NCBI GenBank assembly: GCA_965198115.1
Contig: OZ240241.1
Coordinates: 5,600,001-5,664,000, forward strand
Direction: 5' to 3'
Origin: Candidatus Latescibacterota bacterium
GTDB taxonomy: Bacteria; Latescibacterota; UBA2968
Length of the DNA stretch: 64,000 nucleotides
This document shows positions 62,065 to 64,000 of the stretch, in pieces. Within the stretch, counting starts at the first letter, position 1. Each line of letters begins with the position of its first letter. A program made the position numbers and the translations under genes. The notes under the pieces were generated by a model. It saw nothing but the letters and a program-made list of their open reading frames with translations. It was not told the origin of the DNA and made no database searches.

Positions 62065-63886
62065 ATGGCCTCAGGGATTGTGTTACCAAGCAAAGATTGT
62101 TGCCTCAAAGGAATTGTTACCCAAATTGGAGGCAAGCGATGGGCAGAAGAATCAGTACGAACACCAGACAGGAGCTCGTTGAGGCTCTGGGGCGTCGATA
62201 CCTCGAGTCATCGAAGAGGGAGAAAACACCGAATCCTCGACGAGTTTGTAGCCGTGAGTGGCTATCACCGCAAACACGCGACTCGGCTTCTATGCTGTCG
62301 CTCGGTTAATGGGCGCCCACAGCTGAAGCACACCAACGGCCGGCGAGTCTACGACGAAGCGGTGAAAGAAGCCCTGATCCTAACGTGGGAGGCGTCGGAT
62401 CGAATCTGTGGCAAGCGGCTGAAAGCAATATTGCCAGATCTCATCGATGCAATGGAGCGTCACGGCCATTTGGATCTTGATCCCGACGTGCGGTCGAGAC
62501 TGCAAACCGTCAGTGCAGCTACCATTGATCGGTTGCTCGCACCGATTCGGGGCAAGGCACAAGGCCGGAGAAAACGTCGCCAGACTTCGAAAGTCAGCAA
62601 CAAGGTTCCCGTTCGAACATTCGCCGACTGGAATCAGCCGGATCCTGGTTGGTTGGAAATTGACTTCGTTGCACATTGCGGCGGATCCATGGCCGGATCC
62701 GTCATCCATACGCTAGTCGTGACAGACATCTGCTCTGGATGGACAGAGTGCCTGCCACTGCTGGCACGGGAGCAGTCCCTCGTTGTCGAGGGGCTGCAGG
62801 CTCTTTTTCGGCAAGTTCCGTTCCCAGTCAAAGGTATCGACTCCGATAACGACAGTGCCTTTATCAACGACACGCTACTGGCGTTCTGCAAATCGCATCG
62901 CATTGAGTTCACGCGCTCCCGGCCCTATCGCAAGAATGACCAGGCATGGGTGGAACAGAAGAATGGTGCGGTCGTCCGACGCATCGCAGGCCACGGTAGA
63001 TTCTCAGGTGTAGTTGCTGCTCAAGCACTTGGCCATTTGTACCAGGCTGCCCGTCTTCACGTGAATTTCTTTCAGCCATCGTCTAAACTGCTCAGTAAGA
63101 CGCATCAAGGTGCCAAAGTAAAGAGGACTTACGATCGCCCGAGAACGCCATGCGAGCGCCTTGTAAATCACCCCGCGGTCCAGAATGACACCAAGGAGAT
63201 CCTCCGAGAGCTGCGTCTGCAGCTTGACCCTGTGGCGATTCTGCATCGGCTGCGTGATGCCCAAGCTGCGCTGGCAGCCCTGGTCTCGACCGATAGCATC
63301 GTCGAAGGACCCGGTCGAAAGACACTCGATCAGTTTCTTACGCAGCTTCCACAACTGTGGCGATCTGGCGAAGTTCGCCCGACTCACCGTGCCCATCCGA
63401 CTGAACCACGGCATTGGCGAACCAGAGAGGATCCGTTCGAGAACGTCTGGTTGGAAGTCCTAGCTTGGTTACAGGACGAGCCTGACGCCACAGCAAAAAC
63501 ACTGTTCCAGCGTCTTCAGCAGCAGCACCCCGGGCGTTTTCCAGACGGACAACTAAGGACAATGCAGCGTCGCATTCGTGAATGGCGGCAGATCATGGCA
63601 AGGGAGCTTGTCTACGCTTGCATCGACGATAAGGGAGAGACCAACGAGACCGGGCCAGTTCAACGCCCCGAACCGAAAAGCACCGAGTTAAGGCCGCTCA
63701 GAGCGCACAGTTGCTAGCCCCGTCGTCCTGACACACGACCAGCGCATCCAAAGAAGCTCTCGTTGCCTCGGTGGCTCTCCTCTCTCTGTTGGCTCACGGA
63801 AGACTCCCCACCAGGACCAACACATCGAGGACCAACGATCTTGGGTATGGGGGCTCGCTATGGTAACATTTGTTCGTGAGGCAATG
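62065..63886 (+). mobile_element. rve/integrase-type (ISNCY/IS21-like) element with a frameshifted transposase (62139..63717)
   Basis: ATG 62139 MGRRIS.NTR.EL, frameshift at ~62228, then ILDEF...EIDFVAHCG...IDSDN...KNDQAWVEQKN. Ends carry GCCTCA-N-TGTTACC (62068-62088, 62102-62121), inverted at 63862-63882. Confidence 0.8.
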
Positions 63887-64000
63887 AGGGTGGGAGTTCT
63901 AATTGTCGCTAATCAGAGCTCGCTCAGCCAGCGATCGCACCGCGGCCCAGTGTTTCTCCGTCTACGCAATTTCACGCCCTCACAGCCCCACAGAGGCGCG

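Noticed and set aside
61762-62230. N-terminal extension of the 651-aa transposase ORF
   Set aside because: It is antisense to the 61350 gene and spans the IS end; the true start is ATG 62139 followed by a frameshift.

Overview
GC-rich bacterial window whose gene content (PorV/T9SS cargo, TonB receptor, Omp85) fits an FCB-group organism such as Latescibacterota; this taxonomy is inferred. It has four zones. (1) 1-9.9 kb, minus strand: a TonB-dependent receptor / T9SS-cargo / PorV operon and a PAS kinase-NarL two-component pair, with several lesions (frameshifts, an in-frame TAG, an apparent 36-bp micro-inversion). (2) 10.0-16.3 kb, minus strand: a tightly coupled four-gene operon encoding a fatty acyl-CoA reductase, an atypical acyltransferase, a eukaryote-like alkyl-DHAP synthase (AGPS) and a DHRS7B-like SDR. 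Together these map onto the acyl-DHAP (peroxisomal-type) ether-lipid pathway. The operon is divergent from ndk-yceD-rpmF-fabHDG-acpP-fabF-rnc, which has no plsX. (3) 22.8-45 kb, plus strand: a lipoate ligase, an orphan GlmL/MutL-type ASKHA ATPase with a DUF6754-like protein and three further membrane proteins interleaved with a peptide ABC transporter, a metallopeptidase-beta-propeller-Omp85 fusion, UbiA, DUF362 and an APH-like kinase. (4) 45-64 kb: a decayed mobile mosaic containing ISL3, an IS21 remnant, IS200, IS256, an rve transposase, an integron-like AAC(3) cassette, a truncated DUF4007/ATPase defence pair, RepA/resolvase/RelB/HsdR fragments and an intact Amt. No rRNA, tRNA or CRISPR array was recognised. 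All family calls come from motif recognition by eye, not from database searches.
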